A DNA stretch of 64,000 nt from Alkalibaculum bacchi (GCF_937875145.1 NZ_CALNCS010000021.1:10476-74475), one strand, 5' to 3'. Numbered from the stretch's first letter, positions 10,912 to 22,487 are shown. Notes: a model not told the origin generated them from the sequence alone. Program-made: numbers and translations.

Positions 10912-11185
10912 GTGCCTAAGAAAGCTTTATTTATTGTAAGTCTTGAGTTAAGTACAGTAGTTTATAACAGTTGTACGGTTGGATGGGAAAACCTTAAGCC
11001 ACTATTCGTGGCTGATTGGATTTTGCTGATCACCTGGGGCAATACCTAGTTTATCTCACACAAGCGAGAGAAATTAGGTATTGCCCCCCGCCAAAGTTGG
11101 CGAGGTTTGTAGCGATAGAAAGAAGCTAGATGCCCGCAACCTACGGCTGACCACCCGACCACCTAAAAGATGAGGAGTGAAACCT

Positions 11186-12106
11186 ATGTTAAAGGGAAAA
11201 CATTTCATAGAACCACACGATTTTGATTTAAACGAATTAGATAGTATTTTCAGGTTAGCTGATAAGATTATTGCAAATCCTAATGAGTACTTAGACATTT
11301 GCAAAGGTAAATTATTGGCTAGCCTTTTTTTTGAGCCATCTACTAGAACTAGATTTAGTTTTGAATCGGCGATGCTTCGATTAGGTGGTCAGATTATAGG
11401 ATTTGACGATCCTGGCAATTCCTCTACTGCTAAAGGAGAGTCCTTTGGAGATACGATCCAAACAGTAGGTTGTTATGCGGATATTGCAATTATTCGCCAC
11501 CCTAAGGAAGGTACTGCCAAGCTGGCTACCAAATATACTGAGGATATGCCTATTATCAATGCTGGAGATGGAGGGCACCAGCATCCAACACAGACATTGA
11601 CGGATTTATTGACTATTAGAAACTTAAAGGGAAGTTTGAGTAATCACGTTGTAGGCCTTTGTGGAGACCTTAAGTTTGGTCGAACGGTTCACTCTATTGT
11701 AAAGGCTTTAAACCGATACAGCAATGTGAAGTTCATCTTTATCTCACCTGAAGAATTGACGATCCCTCAGTATATAAAAGAGGAACTCTCTAATACGAGC
11801 TATACAGAAACCAGCAATTTAGAAAATGTCATCGATCAAGTAGACATACTATACATGACCAGAGTACAAAGAGAGCGCTTTGTTAGTGAGTTTGAGTACC
11901 AAAGATTAAAAGATTATTACATTCTAGATAAAGAAAAATTACAAAGGGCTAAAAAGGATATGATCATCATGCATCCATTGCCAAGAGTCAATGAAATAGC
12001 AAAGGAAGTAGATCGCGATAAACGAGCAGTATACTTTAAACAGGCCAAATTCGGCATGTACGTCCGCATGGCTCTAATTATCAAATTACTAGGCTTGGAG
12101 GGGTAA
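11186..12106 (+). CDS. pyrB: aspartate carbamoyltransferase catalytic subunit
   Basis: [22 protein letters not shown] motifs; GAGGAG RBS favours ATG 11186. Confidence 0.95.
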   Translation: MLKGKHFIEPHDFDLNELDSIFRLADKIIANPNEYLDICKGKLLASLFFEPSTRTRFSFESAMLRLGGQIIGFDDPGNSSTAKGESFGDTIQTVGCYADIAIIRHPKEGTAKLATKYTEDMPIINAGDGGHQHPTQTLTDLLTIRNLKGSLSNHVVGLCGDLKFGRTVHSIVKALNRYSNVKFIFISPEELTIPQYIKEELSNTSYTETSNLENVIDQVDILYMTRVQRERFVSEFEYQRLKDYYILDKEKLQRAKKDMIIMHPLPRVNEIAKEVDRDKRAVYFKQAKFGMYVRMALIIKLLGLEG

Positions 12107-12108
12107 AT

Positions 12109-12531
12109 ATGATAAATGTATCAAAAATCAAGAAGGGAATCGTTATTGATCATATCGAATACGGTCATGGATTTCAAATTTTTAAACAGCTAAAACTTCA
12201 CGAAATAGAAGATGTAGTAGTAATCCTTCGAAATATTCCAAGCAAAAAAATGGGTAAGAAGGACTTGATAAAAATAGAGACAGACTTAGATCTTAACTTT
12301 GATATACTAGGTCTAATGGATCCTAATGCTACAGTCAATATTGTAGAAAATGGAGAGATTAAATCTAAAATCAAACTAAGTCTACCTAAGAAAGTATACG
12401 GTACCCTAAAATGCAAAAACCCAAGGTGTATCACAAATTGTGAAGAAGTGCCGACAATTGAATTTACTTTAGTTGATTGTAAGAAAAAGGAGTATAAATG
12501 TGAGTATTGCGATGCGAGAACACATTTGTAA
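12109..12531 (+). CDS. pyrI: aspartate carbamoyltransferase regulatory subunit
   Basis: GIVIDHI, KKDLIKIE, CKNPRCIT...CEYC zinc motif. Confidence 0.93.
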   Translation: MINVSKIKKGIVIDHIEYGHGFQIFKQLKLHEIEDVVVILRNIPSKKMGKKDLIKIETDLDLNFDILGLMDPNATVNIVENGEIKSKIKLSLPKKVYGTLKCKNPRCITNCEEVPTIEFTLVDCKKKEYKCEYCDARTHL

Positions 12532-12607
12532 ATAGGTGGTTAGGTCAAATCCACCATTGCAGAATAACCTGCTGATTTCACTTAGAACTTAAAACTCAAA
12601 CGGAGGT

Positions 12608-13756
12608 ATGAGGATGATTATAAATAATGTAGAGATTGTAGACCAATATGGTCGAAGGAAGGGAAATATTCTTGTTAAAGACGGGATTATTGTAGACACG
12701 AACGTTAAGGGGAATTATGAAAATCACCAAGTTATTGATGGTTCAGATTATACCCTTATGCCTTCTTTTATTGATATGCACACTCACCTTCGGGATCCGG
12801 GTTTTGAGTATAAAGAGGATATGGAAACGGGTATGAGAGCAGCTTTAAAGGGGGGATATACCCATTTGGCGGCTATGGCCAATACCAATCCGATTACGGA
12901 CAATTTTGAAATGGTTGTAGAGAACCTTTCAAAGAGTAAAGAGCTTAATTTATGTAATCTCACTCAAATATGTGCTTTGACGAAAGACTTTGGAGAGGAA
13001 TTCGTTGATTTAGAAAAAATAATAGCTGTCACAAAGGTGTTTTCAAACGATGGAAAGACTGTTGCAGGTGAAGATATCATGAGGGAGGGCTTAAAACGAT
13101 CTAAGGAGTTAGGGTTTGTTCTTGCCACTCACTGTGAACCAGAGGTTGAAATCGTAAAAAGAGATTTAAATATATTAAGAGAAGTACCTGGAAATCTGCA
13201 CATTTGCCATGTGAGTGAAAAAGAAACCCTGAATCTTATTCGAAAAGCAAAAAAAGAAGGTCTACATTTTACTTGTGAGGTAACTCCTCATCATGTATTT
13301 GATAACGATGTAGATTACAAGGTCAGCCCACCCTTCGGGACAAGAGCAGATCGTCAGGCTCTCATAGAAGGCATTAAAGATGGAATCATCGATTTATGTG
13401 CTACGGATCACGCTCCTCATTCTAAAGAGGACAAAGAAAAGGGCTCCCCTGGAATCAGCAATATAGAGGTGGCTTTTTCTATGTACTGGAAGGTGTTTCA
13501 TGAAGAAAATATTCCACTAGAAAAGTTGAGCCAAATGATGAGTTACCAGCCAGCGAAAATTCTTGGTTTGAACTGTGGTGAAATAGTTGTCGGTAGAGAA
13601 GCCAATGTAGTGCTAATCGATGAAAATAAAGAGACCACTATAGATATAAAGGGTTTTGTTTCGAAATCCAATAATAACCCTTTCCACGGGCGTAAAGTTA
13701 AGGGGAAGGTAATGATGACTATAAAAAGAGGAGAAGTTATATATGATAATCGATAG
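12608..13756 (+). CDS. pyrC: dihydroorotase
   Basis: DMHTHLRDPG, CEVTPHH, ATDHAPH motifs. Confidence 0.93.
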   Translation: MRMIINNVEIVDQYGRRKGNILVKDGIIVDTNVKGNYENHQVIDGSDYTLMPSFIDMHTHLRDPGFEYKEDMETGMRAALKGGYTHLAAMANTNPITDNFEMVVENLSKSKELNLCNLTQICALTKDFGEEFVDLEKIIAVTKVFSNDGKTVAGEDIMREGLKRSKELGFVLATHCEPEVEIVKRDLNILREVPGNLHICHVSEKETLNLIRKAKKEGLHFTCEVTPHHVFDNDVDYKVSPPFGTRADRQALIEGIKDGIIDLCATDHAPHSKEDKEKGSPGISNIEVAFSMYWKVFHEENIPLEKLSQMMSYQPAKILGLNCGEIVVGREANVVLIDENKETTIDIKGFVSKSNNNPFHGRKVKGKVMMTIKRGEVIYDNR

Positions 13757-14597
13757 ATTGTATCAAGAAGCCATAGAAAAGAGCCCCATATGTTTAGGTT
13801 TAGATTCACAAGAATCTTATTTTCCACAGTATTTTTCAGATAAGAAAATAAGCATTGGAGAAAAGCTCTTTTTGTTTAATAAAAATATTATTGATCACAC
13901 TTTAGACTTAGTAGCTTGTTACAAGGTTCAAGTAGCCTACTATGAAGCCTTAGGATTAGAAGGGATGGAGGCTTACTCTAAGACTCTTAACTACATCAAA
14001 GAGGTAAATAAGATCTCTATTGCAGATATAAAGAGAGGAGATATTTCTGCAACAGGGCAGATGTACGCTAAAGGACATTTTACAGGAGATTTTGAGGCGG
14101 ACATGTTAACTATAAACGCCTATATGGGAGAGGACGCTGTATCTCCTTACTATCCGTATATCGAGGAGAGTGGAAAGGGTCTATTTATACTCTTAAAAAC
14201 CTCTAATTCAAGTGCAAAGGAAATACAAGATATAAATTGCAATGGAAGGCCCTATTACGAGCATATGGCAAAGCTCATTGAAAAGTGGGGTAATCGATTT
14301 TTAGGAGACTCTGGTTTTAGCTCTATAGGTGCAGTAGTAGGTCTTACTTATCCAAAAGAATTTGAAGTCATTCAAGAGCTTTTACCAAAGACCTTTTACT
14401 TGGTGCCTGGTTATGGAGCCCAAGGAGGAAAAGGTGAGGATATAGGTAGAATACTTAAGAAAAGCAGATGTGCAGTAATTAATTCTTCTAGGGGGTTAAT
14501 TACTGCCCACAAGGGTATAAATGAAGGAGAAAACTGCTGGGATGAAATTAGAAGGGCTACCCTGCGAATGAAGGAGGATTTAGAAGCTTGGCTATAG
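13743..14597 (+). CDS. pyrF: orotidine-5'-phosphate decarboxylase
   Basis: DIKRGDI, LVPGYGAQGG, INSSRG motifs. Confidence 0.93.
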   Translation: MIIDRLYQEAIEKSPICLGLDSQESYFPQYFSDKKISIGEKLFLFNKNIIDHTLDLVACYKVQVAYYEALGLEGMEAYSKTLNYIKEVNKISIADIKRGDISATGQMYAKGHFTGDFEADMLTINAYMGEDAVSPYYPYIEESGKGLFILLKTSNSSAKEIQDINCNGRPYYEHMAKLIEKWGNRFLGDSGFSSIGAVVGLTYPKEFEVIQELLPKTFYLVPGYGAQGGKGEDIGRILKKSRCAVINSSRGLITAHKGINEGENCWDEIRRATLRMKEDLEAWL

Positions 14598-15295
14598 TTG
14601 TAGAAAATGTCTGTGTACAAGATAATATGTACTCTTTAAGTGTTGAGTATTCAGGAAGTTGCAAAATGGGCCAGTTTTTTATGCTGCGATGTTGGGATTT
14701 TGAACCACTTTTATCAAGACCTATTAGCATTTATGATTTTCAAGATGGTATCGTAAAATTTTTGTACCAAGTAATGGGCAAAGGAACGGAAAAGTTATCA
14801 AAACTTAAAGCAAAAGATCAAATTACCCTTCAAGGACCCTATGGAAATGGATTTCCTTATTTACAGGAGGAGAATATTACCCTCGTAGGTGGTGGAATGG
14901 GCATTGCACCACTACACTACGCAGTAAAAGAACTATATAGAATCAATCCTACTAGACACATGGAAATTTACCTAGGAGCTCGAGAGGAAAACCCAATAAT
15001 AGAGCAGTTTAAAGAAGAATTTCCAAATGTAAAGGTCAATATAGGAGGTATCATAACAGAAGATATAGAGTATAAAAAAGACCACGTGATCTTTACCTGT
15101 GGACCTGAAATTATGATGAGAATCATTTCGGAGGAAGGTAAAAGTCAAGGAATTGTGGTATACGCCTCTGTAGAAAAGAGAATGGCATGCGGTGTTGGCG
15201 CTTGCTTAGGCTGTACATGTAAGACGACAAAAGGTAATAAGAGAACCTGTAAAGATGGTCCAGTGTTTTTAGGGGAGGAAATCTTATATGAGTAG
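14588..15295 (+). CDS. pyrK: dihydroorotate dehydrogenase electron transfer subunit
   Basis: RPISI, GPYGNGF, MACGVGACLGC...CKDGPVF motifs. Confidence 0.92.
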   Translation: MAIVVENVCVQDNMYSLSVEYSGSCKMGQFFMLRCWDFEPLLSRPISIYDFQDGIVKFLYQVMGKGTEKLSKLKAKDQITLQGPYGNGFPYLQEENITLVGGGMGIAPLHYAVKELYRINPTRHMEIYLGAREENPIIEQFKEEFPNVKVNIGGIITEDIEYKKDHVIFTCGPEIMMRIISEEGKSQGIVVYASVEKRMACGVGACLGCTCKTTKGNKRTCKDGPVFLGEEILYE

Positions 15296-16190
15296 ATTAG
15301 AGACAACGTTTATGGATACCCTGCTGAAAAACCCCGTAGTCGTAGCATCTGGAACCTATGGATACGGAGAAGAGTACGTAGATTATTACAATCCAGCACT
15401 TTTAGGTGGCGTTTGTAGTAAAGGAATTACCCGCTATCCAAAGCTTGGAAATGATGGCATACGGTTGTGGGAGACCCCAAGTGGTCTATTAAACAGCATC
15501 GGATTAGAAAACCCAGGTATTGAGACTTTTATAGAGAAGCATTTAAAAAAGATGAACTTACTAAATACGGCGGTAATCGTTAATGTAGGCGGTAATACTA
15601 TAGATGAATACTTAGAGTCTGTGGAGCTTTTAAATGATTGCAATATTGATTTTATTGAGTTAAACATCTCTTGCCCTAATGTAAAGGTAGGGGGGATGGC
15701 GTTCGGCATAAAGGCAAAATCTGCGGCAAAGGTTGTATCTAAGGTTACAAATATAAGCAAGCATAAGATTATGGTTAAATTATCACCAAATGCAGAAAAT
15801 ATCGTAGAAATGGCAAAAGCTTGTGAAGATAACGGAGCAGATGGACTCTCCTTAGTAAACACCTTTCAAGGAATGGCAATTGATATACACAAGAAAAAAG
15901 CAGCCTTTGATAATCTATACGCGGGATTATCTGGACCAGCTATAAAGCCTATTGCCCTTCGAATGGTCCATCAAGTATACAAAAATGTCAATATCCCTAT
16001 CATGGGCTTAGGAGGAATAAGCACCTGGCAAGATGCACTAGAGTTTATTATGGCAGGAGCTACAGCCATCCAAATAGGAACAGCCAACTTTATCAATCCC
16101 ATGACGCCTATAGAGATTATAAGAGGATTAGAGGAGTATTGTGTGAAGAATGATGTGGAGAGTGTTGGGGAGTTAGTGGGAATTGTTTAA
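15288..16190 (+). CDS. pyrD: dihydroorotate dehydrogenase B catalytic subunit
   Basis: ASGTYG, ELNISCPN, GLSGPAIKP motifs. Confidence 0.93.
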   Translation: MSRLETTFMDTLLKNPVVVASGTYGYGEEYVDYYNPALLGGVCSKGITRYPKLGNDGIRLWETPSGLLNSIGLENPGIETFIEKHLKKMNLLNTAVIVNVGGNTIDEYLESVELLNDCNIDFIELNISCPNVKVGGMAFGIKAKSAAKVVSKVTNISKHKIMVKLSPNAENIVEMAKACEDNGADGLSLVNTFQGMAIDIHKKKAAFDNLYAGLSGPAIKPIALRMVHQVYKNVNIPIMGLGGISTWQDALEFIMAGATAIQIGTANFINPMTPIEIIRGLEEYCVKNDVESVGELVGIV

Positions 16191-16194
16191 GCTC

Positions 16195-16278
16195 AGGTGG
16201 TAAGGCGGACAGCAAATATACGACTTACGTCGCAATAAACAATGTATTGAGGCACTTGAACAAATCGCATATTTATAC
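16195..16278. repeat. inverted copy of the 7495-7600 repeat
   Basis: 16213-16244 matches the reverse complement of 7553-7584 at 28/32. Confidence 0.75.
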
Positions 16279-16388
16279 TCTTCTATGTCTATTGAAGCTT
16301 TTGTGCTTCGAACAACTGTTTAACCATCGTTCCACTATTGTTCTTATACTTACAGCGTAGAACTTAGAATTACAAAGGAGGAAAAATA

Positions 16389-16958
16389 ATGAGTCAAAAA
16401 ATCATTAATATATTAAAAGAAACAGGTGCGTTTTTGGAAGGGCATTTTTTATTGTCTTCCGGTAAACACAGTGGAGGATATGTACAGTGTGCCAAGGTAC
16501 TTCGGTTTCCGGATAAGGCAGAAAAGGTACTAAAACCCGTAGTAGAACAATTAAAAAATGTAAAGATCGACAAAGTCATTGGACCTGCAATGGGTGGCGT
16601 GGTTGTATCTTATGAAGTAGGGCGGCAATTAGGTAAAGAAAGTTTATTTACAGAGAGAAAAGATGGCGTAATGGAACTTAGAAGAGGGTTTGAGATTGTT
16701 CCTGGAGACAAGGTGATTATTGCGGAAGACGTAGTAACTACCGGAAAATCAACCATTGAAACAAAAGAAGCCCTAGAAAAGCTAGGGGCAGAAGTAATAG
16801 GCGTTGCCTGCATTGTAAAGCGAGTGAAAGAAGACATAGGCATGCCAATTTACTGTGCTGTGGATTTAAATATTGAGGTTTATGATTCAGAGGATTGTCC
16901 AATCTGTTCAACGGGACAAGAATTAGTAAAGCCAGGCAGTAGAGATATGAAAAAATAA
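16389..16958 (+). CDS. pyrE: orotate phosphoribosyltransferase
   Basis: GHFLLSSGKHS, IIAEDVVTTGKS motifs. Confidence 0.93.
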   Translation: MSQKIINILKETGAFLEGHFLLSSGKHSGGYVQCAKVLRFPDKAEKVLKPVVEQLKNVKIDKVIGPAMGGVVVSYEVGRQLGKESLFTERKDGVMELRRGFEIVPGDKVIIAEDVVTTGKSTIETKEALEKLGAEVIGVACIVKRVKEDIGMPIYCAVDLNIEVYDSEDCPICSTGQELVKPGSRDMKK

Positions 16959-16970
16959 TAGGAGGGTTCT

Positions 16971-18017
16971 ATGAAAGCGTATTTGCAATTAGAAAATGAC
17001 ATTACTTTTGAAGGTAGAGCATTTGGTAGAGTAGGAGATATTGTGGGAGAGGTTGTATTCAATACTAGCATGGCAGGATACCAAGAGCTTATAACAGATC
17101 CATCCTACTATGGACAAATCCTTACTATGACCTATCCTCTAATAGGAAACTACGGCATTAATTTAGAAGACGATGAATCAGATGGTCCGAAAATTAAAGG
17201 GCTAATTGTACGAGAAAAATGCGATTTTCCTAATAATTTCAGATGTGAGCTGGATTTAGAAGGCTATTTAAAATACAACAATATTATGGGTTTAGAGGGT
17301 ATTGACACCCGTGCGCTTACGAAAATCATACGAAGAAATGGAACTCTTAGAGGACTTATTAGCCTTTGTAGATTACCTCATACAAAATTAATGGACATGC
17401 TAGATGGCTATAATAATTCAAAAGCTGTAGACATGGTTAGCACAAAAGAAACGTATACTATTGAAGGATCAGGAAAAAATCTCGCAGTTATTGATTTTGG
17501 TATCAAGAACACAATCCTCCAGACACTAAAAGATAAAGGCTTAAAGATTACTGTGTTTCCAAGTAATACTTCTGTAAGTAAAATATTAAGTTCAAATCCT
17601 CAAGGCTTATTCTTATCTAATGGGCCTGGAAACCCTAAAGATTATCCCGAAATTATTGAGAATGTAAAAGCACTCCTTGAAAAGCTACCAACTATGGGCA
17701 ATGGTTTAGGTCATCAGTTTATTGCTTTGGCATTAGGTGGTGATACAGAAAAGCTAGCCTTTGGCCATCGAGGATCCAATCATCCAGTAAAAGATGTTTA
17801 CAAAGACAGATCTTATATAACGTCTCAAAATCATGGCTATGTAGTCAGCAAAGTTCCAAAAGATATGGAAATTACACATATCAGTCTTAATGATCAAACT
17901 ATTGAGGGATTAAGACACGAGACAAAGCCTATACTATCCGTACAATTTCAACCAGAAGCATATCCTGGAACAGAAGATACGATTGATATTTTTGACGAAT
18001 TCATAGAACTATTGTAG
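16971..18017 (+). CDS. carA: carbamoyl-phosphate synthase small subunit, catalytic Cys and His substituted
   Basis: GEVVFNTSMAGYQE, LSNGPGNP, SQNHGY present; GNGLGHQ replaces GICLGHQ and QFQPE replaces QYHPE. Confidence 0.92.
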   Translation: MKAYLQLENDITFEGRAFGRVGDIVGEVVFNTSMAGYQELITDPSYYGQILTMTYPLIGNYGINLEDDESDGPKIKGLIVREKCDFPNNFRCELDLEGYLKYNNIMGLEGIDTRALTKIIRRNGTLRGLISLCRLPHTKLMDMLDGYNNSKAVDMVSTKETYTIEGSGKNLAVIDFGIKNTILQTLKDKGLKITVFPSNTSVSKILSSNPQGLFLSNGPGNPKDYPEIIENVKALLEKLPTMGNGLGHQFIALALGGDTEKLAFGHRGSNHPVKDVYKDRSYITSQNHGYVVSKVPKDMEITHISLNDQTIEGLRHETKPILSVQFQPEAYPGTEDTIDIFDEFIELL

Positions 18018-18026
18018 GAGGAAATT

Positions 18027-21000
18027 ATGCCAAAAAGAGATAATATAAAAAAGGTATTAGTAATTGGATCCGGTCCCATTGTAATTGGCCAAGCAGCAGA
18101 ATTTGACTATTCTGGAGCGCAAGCTTGCCAATCTTTGATGGAAGAAGGCGTAGAAGTAGTTCTTGTTAACAGCAATCCGGCTACGATTATGACCGATAAA
18201 GGAATGGCCCACAAGGTTTATATTGAACCAATTAATGTAAAGACTATAGAAAAGATCATTGAAATAGAGAGACCAGATAGCATAATAGCTGGAATGGGTG
18301 GACAAACAGGGTTAAATATTACATTAGAGCTTCACGATAAAGGAATCCTAGACAAATACGGAGTAATGGTTATAGGTACATCTATTGAGTCCATAAAAAA
18401 GGGAGAAGATCGAGAGTTATTTAGAAAACTTATGGAGGAAATTCATCAGCCTATTATTGAAAGCACAACGGTATCTAATTTAGATGACGCATTACAATAT
18501 GCAGAACAAATTGGCTATCCCGTAGTGGTTCGACCTGCCTATACTCTAGGTGGATCTGGTGGGGGAATTGCTGAAGATGTAAATGAGCTTAAAGAAATTG
18601 CTTCAAAGGGATTGCACCTAAGTAGAGTGGGGCAAGTGCTTATTGAAAAAAGCATAAAAGGCTGGAAAGAAGTAGAATACGAGGTCATACGAGATGGCAA
18701 GGGAAACTGTATTGTGGTGTGTAATATGGAAAATGTTGACCCTGTAGGAATTCACACAGGTGACAGCATCGTAGTGGCTCCAACCCAAACTTTAAGCAGT
18801 AAGGAATGCCAGATGCTTCGTAAGGCATCTTTAGATATTATTAGCGCTATTGGCATAGAGGGGGGATGTAATGTACAGTTTGCCCTTCACCCAAAAAGCT
18901 TTGAGTATGCAGTTATTGAAATTAATCCAAGAGTAAGCCGCTCATCTGCTCTAGCTTCAAAGGCAACAGGGTATCCTATTGCAAAGGTAGCATCAAAAAT
19001 AGCACTAGGATTCCCATTAGATGAAATTAAAAATGCCGTGACCAAAAAGACTTTTGCATGCTTTGAACCAAGTATAGATTATGTAGTAGTAAAAATTCCA
19101 AAATGGCCTTTTGATAAATTTTACGGAGCCGATCGAAAATTAGGCACCAAGATGATGGCTACTGGTGAGGTAATGGCCATAGGCAGCAGTTTTGAAAGTG
19201 CACTTTTAAAAGGGATTCGATCCTTAGAATTAAAACAGTACTCATTAGATCATAAAGGTGTGAAAAAATACTCTCTGCAAGAGCTTAGAGAGAAAGTTAT
19301 GTACCCTAATGATGAGAGATTGTTTTATTTAGCAGAAATGCTCCGAAGAGGATACCGAGTCGTAAAATTATCGGAAGAGACGGGTATGGATGAATTTTTT
19401 ATCAATAAAATTAAGTTTATCGTCGACGAAGAAGAGCAATTAAAGAATACCAAGTCTCAAGATTTGACGGAAGAAAAATTGACTGATTTAAAAATCAAAG
19501 GATTCTCTGATAAGGGTATTGCTGACCTGATGGGAATTTCTCCTAATGAAGTATATGAAATGAGAGATATGTGGGGAATTCGCACCTCGTACAAGATGGT
19601 AGACACTTGTGCTGGTGAATTTGATGCGATCTCTCCATACTATTATTCTACCTATGACAAAGAAGATGAAGTAGAAGTATCTGAAAATAAAAAGATAATT
19701 GTCATAGGCTCTGGTCCAATACGAATTGGTCAAGGCATTGAATTTGACTACTGTTCTGTTCACTGTGTACAAGCTCTATCTAAATTAGGAGTAGAGACCA
19801 TTATTATAAATAATAATCCAGAAACCGTAAGTACAGATTTTAATATTTCAGATAAATTATATTTTGAGCCTCTTACAGAAGAAGACACTTACAATATCAT
19901 ACAAAAGGAAAATCCTGATGGTGTAATCCTTCAATTTGGAGGGCAAACAGCTATAAAATTAGCTGAATTCTTTGAAAGCAAGGGCATCCCTGTGCTGGGC
20001 ACATTACCTAAGGATATCGATGCAGCAGAAGACCGTGAAAAATTTGAAGAAATCCTAGAAAAACTAAATATCAAGCGACCAGAAGGCAAAGGAATCTGGA
20101 CTTTAGAAGAAGGACTTGCTATGGCAAGACAGCTGGGCTATCCAATATTAGTTCGTCCTTCCTATGTGTTAGGTGGACAGGGAATGGAAATATGTTATGA
20201 TGACTCTGAATTAGAGTTTTATTTAGGCGATGCATTTTCTAAAGACAAGAAAAATCCTGTATTAGTAGACAAATACTTAAATGGAATGGAAATAGAAGTA
20301 GACGCCATATGCGATGGAGAAGATGTGCTTATTCCAGGAATTATGGAACATCTTGAAAGAGCGGGGATTCACTCAGGAGACAGCATTAGCTTGTATCCTC
20401 CACAAAATGTATCACAAAAAACAAAAGATAAGATATTAGAGTATACAAAAGAGCTAGCCCTTTCATTAAATGTAATGGGTATGATAAATATCCAATTTAT
20501 TGAGTATAATAGGGAGCTTTATATTATCGAAGTAAACCCTAGATCTAGTAGGACAGTGCCTTATATTACCAAGGTGACAGGAGTGCCTATAATTGATCTC
20601 GCTACAAGAGTTATGTTAGGAGAAAAATTAAAGGATTTAAACTACGGAGTAGGAATCTACCCAGAATCGAAGCTCATTTGCGCAAAAGTACCTGTATTCT
20701 CGACGGAAAAACTGCCAAAAGTAGAAGCCAGCTTAGGTCCTGAAATGCGCTCTACAGGTGAGGTACTTGGTGTTAGTGACGATCTATTAGGGGCTCTTTA
20801 TAAAGGTTTGACAGCAGCAGGCATGGATATGTCTCATAGAAAGAGAAGAGTACTAGTGACTTTACGAGAGAAAGATAAGGAAGAATTTAAACCTTTGGCC
20901 CTAAAGATGAAAGAGATGAATTATGAGTTCTTTGCTACAGAAAACACAGCAAATTATTTAGAAAGCATAGGAATCAAAGTAGACGTGGTGAAGAAAATTC

Positions 21001-21242
21001 ATGAAGGTAGCCCTAATATCCTAGATATTATTCGAACAGGTAATATTGATATGGTCTTTAATACGCCAACAAAAGGAAATGACTCTAAAAGAGATGGTTT
21101 TGCCATAAGAAGAACGGCAATAGAGTCTTCTGTAGAGCTCATGACCAGCTTAGACAAAGCAAAGGCCATTGTGGAGATTCTATATGCTAATATAAATGAA
21201 GAAGATTTAGAAATTTATGAAATATCGGAATATGGGAAATAA
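18027..21242 (+). CDS. carB: carbamoyl-phosphate synthase large subunit
   Basis: [28 protein letters not shown], duplicated ATP-grasp, MGS domain. Confidence 0.97.
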   Translation: MPKRDNIKKVLVIGSGPIVIGQAAEFDYSGAQACQSLMEEGVEVVLVNSNPATIMTDKGMAHKVYIEPINVKTIEKIIEIERPDSIIAGMGGQTGLNITLELHDKGILDKYGVMVIGTSIESIKKGEDRELFRKLMEEIHQPIIESTTVSNLDDALQYAEQIGYPVVVRPAYTLGGSGGGIAEDVNELKEIASKGLHLSRVGQVLIEKSIKGWKEVEYEVIRDGKGNCIVVCNMENVDPVGIHTGDSIVVAPTQTLSSKECQMLRKASLDIISAIGIEGGCNVQFALHPKSFEYAVIEINPRVSRSSALASKATGYPIAKVASKIALGFPLDEIKNAVTKKTFACFEPSIDYVVVKIPKWPFDKFYGADRKLGTKMMATGEVMAIGSSFESALLKGIRSLELKQYSLDHKGVKKYSLQELREKVMYPNDERLFYLAEMLRRGYRVVKLSEETGMDEFFINKIKFIVDEEEQLKNTKSQDLTEEKLTDLKIKGFSDKGIADLMGISPNEVYEMRDMWGIRTSYKMVDTCAGEFDAISPYYYSTYDKEDEVEVSENKKIIVIGSGPIRIGQGIEFDYCSVHCVQALSKLGVETIIINNNPETVSTDFNISDKLYFEPLTEEDTYNIIQKENPDGVILQFGGQTAIKLAEFFESKGIPVLGTLPKDIDAAEDREKFEEILEKLNIKRPEGKGIWTLEEGLAMARQLGYPILVRPSYVLGGQGMEICYDDSELEFYLGDAFSKDKKNPVLVDKYLNGMEIEVDAICDGEDVLIPGIMEHLERAGIHSGDSISLYPPQNVSQKTKDKILEYTKELALSLNVMGMINIQFIEYNRELYIIEVNPRSSRTVPYITKVTGVPIIDLATRVMLGEKLKDLNYGVGIYPESKLICAKVPVFSTEKLPKVEASLGPEMRSTGEVLGVSDDLLGALYKGLTAAGMDMSHRKRRVLVTLREKDKEEFKPLALKMKEMNYEFFATENTANYLESIGIKVDVVKKIHEGSPNILDIIRTGNIDMVFNTPTKGNDSKRDGFAIRRTAIESSVELMTSLDKAKAIVEILYANINEEDLEIYEISEYGK

Positions 21243-21263
21243 TATGAGGTAAATAGGAATGCT

Positions 21264-21301
21264 AAAACCATCGAGGGTGTGCTGCTACTCGATGGTTTTT
21301 T
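21264..21301 (+). terminator. terminator of pyr-car operon
   Basis: AAAACCATCGAG/CTCGATGGTTTT stem plus T run. Confidence 0.8.
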
Positions 21302-21397
21302 ATTAGTGGAAAGTGGAATGCGAAAATCCGAAAACTACAACTCGCCGAAGGAGAAAAAATAATTCTCAATTTAAATTGTGCAAATAGTTCACCCAAG

Positions 21398-21787
21398 TCA
21401 CTCTCTCAAGGTCTTCTTCGAAGCGATATGGTAAGTCACAGCACTGGCTATGAAGAAAATAAGTACTTTCGCGTAGGAGGGTATTGGAGAAAATACAAGA
21501 CAACAGCTTATGCTGAGCCATAAAAGCGTTAAGGCGTAAACTTTTACTTTTAGGGTGATACCACCTTTATTTCGGTAGTCATCAATATACTTGCCAAATA
21601 TCTTGTGATGAAGTAAATAATTATAAGCTCTATTTGAACCTCTATAATAACAAGCAGCGCTAAGAAGTAAAAAAGGCGTTGTAGGCAACAAAGGTAAAAC
21701 CATTCCTACAATTCCTAAACCTAGTGAAAGAGTGCCAATACCTAGCAAAAGATAACGAAGCACACCATTCATAAAAAACCTCCTCAA
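21398..21787 (-). CDS. YbaN/DUF454 family membrane protein
   Basis: LPLLPTTPFLLLSAACY motif. Confidence 0.9.
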   Translation of the reverse strand: MRRFFMNGVLRYLLLGIGTLSLGLGIVGMVLPLLPTTPFLLLSAACYYRGSNRAYNYLLHHKIFGKYIDDYRNKGGITLKVKVYALTLLWLSISCCLVFSPIPSYAKVLIFFIASAVTYHIASKKTLRE

Positions 21788-21999
21788 AATATATAGTCGA
21801 TAGTGTAAATCGAGTAGACCATATTAATTAAAAATAGAAATACTATCTTAATTATTCTACAAAAAAGTCAAATTCAAACATTTTATGAGAAATTGAATGT
21901 GAAAGTGAAAAATAGAAAACAATAAAACTGTTTGCCGAAGTCGTTATTGTGGTATATTAATTATATAAAACATATAGGAATTCTTAATAATAAGAGAGG

Positions 22000-22392
22000 A
22001 TGAAACGATTGAATTTAGAAATTATTCATACGAAAAAAGCACCCGAAGCTATTGGCCCATATTCACAAGCAATAATAGTAGGAAACTTAGTATTTACTTC
22101 TGGTCAAGTTCCCCTAAATCCTAAAACTGGAGAAATAGTATGTACAGATGTAGAAGGGCAAACAAAGCAAGCCTTAGAGAATATAAAAAATGTGCTAGAG
22201 GCAGGGGGCAGTGATTTAGACCACGTGGTAAAAACGACTGTTTATATCCAAAATATGGATGACTTTAATAAGGTCAATGAAATATATGCTTCCTACTTTA
22301 CTAGTGTATATCCTGCAAGATCTTGCGTAGAGGTATCAAAATTACCAAAAGGTGTGCTAGTAGAAATAGAAGCCATAGGAATAGTGAAATAA
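22000..22392 (+). CDS. ridA: RidA family enamine/imine deaminase
   Basis: APEAIGPYSQA, SGQVP, PARSCVEV motifs. Confidence 0.92.
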   Translation: MKRLNLEIIHTKKAPEAIGPYSQAIIVGNLVFTSGQVPLNPKTGEIVCTDVEGQTKQALENIKNVLEAGGSDLDHVVKTTVYIQNMDDFNKVNEIYASYFTSVYPARSCVEVSKLPKGVLVEIEAIGIVK

Positions 22393-22487
22393 TATTTGAA
22401 AAACTATTGACATTTTTGTCTAAAATGAATAAAATTAATATAACATATAAAACATATCGAATTAGTATGAAATGATGGAGGGGTATT

